A stretch of 62,915 nucleotides of DNA, the filler included, from Nemertoderma westbladi (lineage: Eukaryota; Animalia; Xenacoelomorpha): the NCBI GenBank assembly GCA_032718475.1. It is 4 parts of 4 records of this genome, joined end to end, with 100 filler letters (N's around TTAATTAATTAA, not from the genome) between each part and the next. Parts side by side here need not be neighbours in the genome. Positions count along the whole stretch, not along the records: positions 56,170 to 62,915 come from JAUCBJ010004810.1; 3 more parts are not named here. One strand, 5' to 3'. A program made the position numbers and the translations under genes. The notes below the pieces were generated by a model. That model was not told the DNA's origin. It was given only the letters and a program-made list of their open reading frames with translations, and did no database searches. Shown one piece after another: positions 62,515-62,915 of the stretch; the stretch's first letter is position 1; each line of letters opens with the position of its first letter.

Positions 62515-62915
62515 AAACAGTGTAAACTAGCAATATATAAAGTACTTTACGAAAAAAACATACTGTAAAAAAAGTAATAATTAATTATTTATTATGTAGT
62601 AAATATGAAACAAAGTTATTATGATCCTAGAATTGTGTAAATAAGACAAAACAACAAGTAGGTCGTCAGTCTGTAACATGCGATAAATACTGAAATGTAC
62701 AAAATGTAAGCAGTAAGGTGAACCGGTACGTGTGAGAGCAGTAGTGCTGGTGGGCGGGGGGGAGGGGGGGGGGCGTTTGGGGGGGGGGGGGTCACCTTTA
62801 AAATAGAAATAACGGGAAGGACGTGCCTTGGATGTTTAGTGAGGGTTTTTGTCTGCCAATTGTGATGCTTTCTTTAATTAGAAGGTCGTAATTACTTTGT
62901 GCCTTGCCTATTATT

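Noticed and set aside
56170-62915. A single composite element combining pPolB, RT and ribozyme
   Set aside because: The parts are on different strands, separately truncated and separated by unrelated repeats; independent insertions are more parsimonious.

Overview
Eukaryotic DNA, almost certainly from an invertebrate animal. It is AT-rich and dense in repeats, and it is not a prokaryotic locus. The window is four pieces joined by three identical artificial 100-bp spacers (N44-TTAATTAATTAA-N44), so adjacency across ~23.2, ~38.9 and ~56.1 kb is unproven. Host genes: ATF6 (+) and SLC38A9 (-), convergent and each with an intron-free coding region; the last coding exon of flotillin-2; and one exon of a BK-channel beta-subunit-like (KCNMB/CaKB) gene. 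The rest is transposon and repeat sequence: RTE and RTE-X-like LINE remnants, a decayed Ty3/Gypsy, hAT/MULE/Sola-like/Tc1-like non-autonomous elements with readable TSDs and nesting, a tRNA-derived SINE, five minisatellites, and a decayed Polinton/adintovirus-type pPolB with a possible PC4-like ORF. The most interesting signals are a minimal Penelope-type hammerhead ribozyme, direct evidence that some of the very frequent TACAGTA/TACTGTA words are Tc1/mariner-type excision footprints, a 34-bp array between the convergent genes with AATAAA only on the antisense strand, and a G4-type satellite apparently expanded inside a Helentron-like element in a flotillin intron. I could not demonstrate a wholly new multi-gene system. 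Family assignments come from recalled motifs, not database searches.
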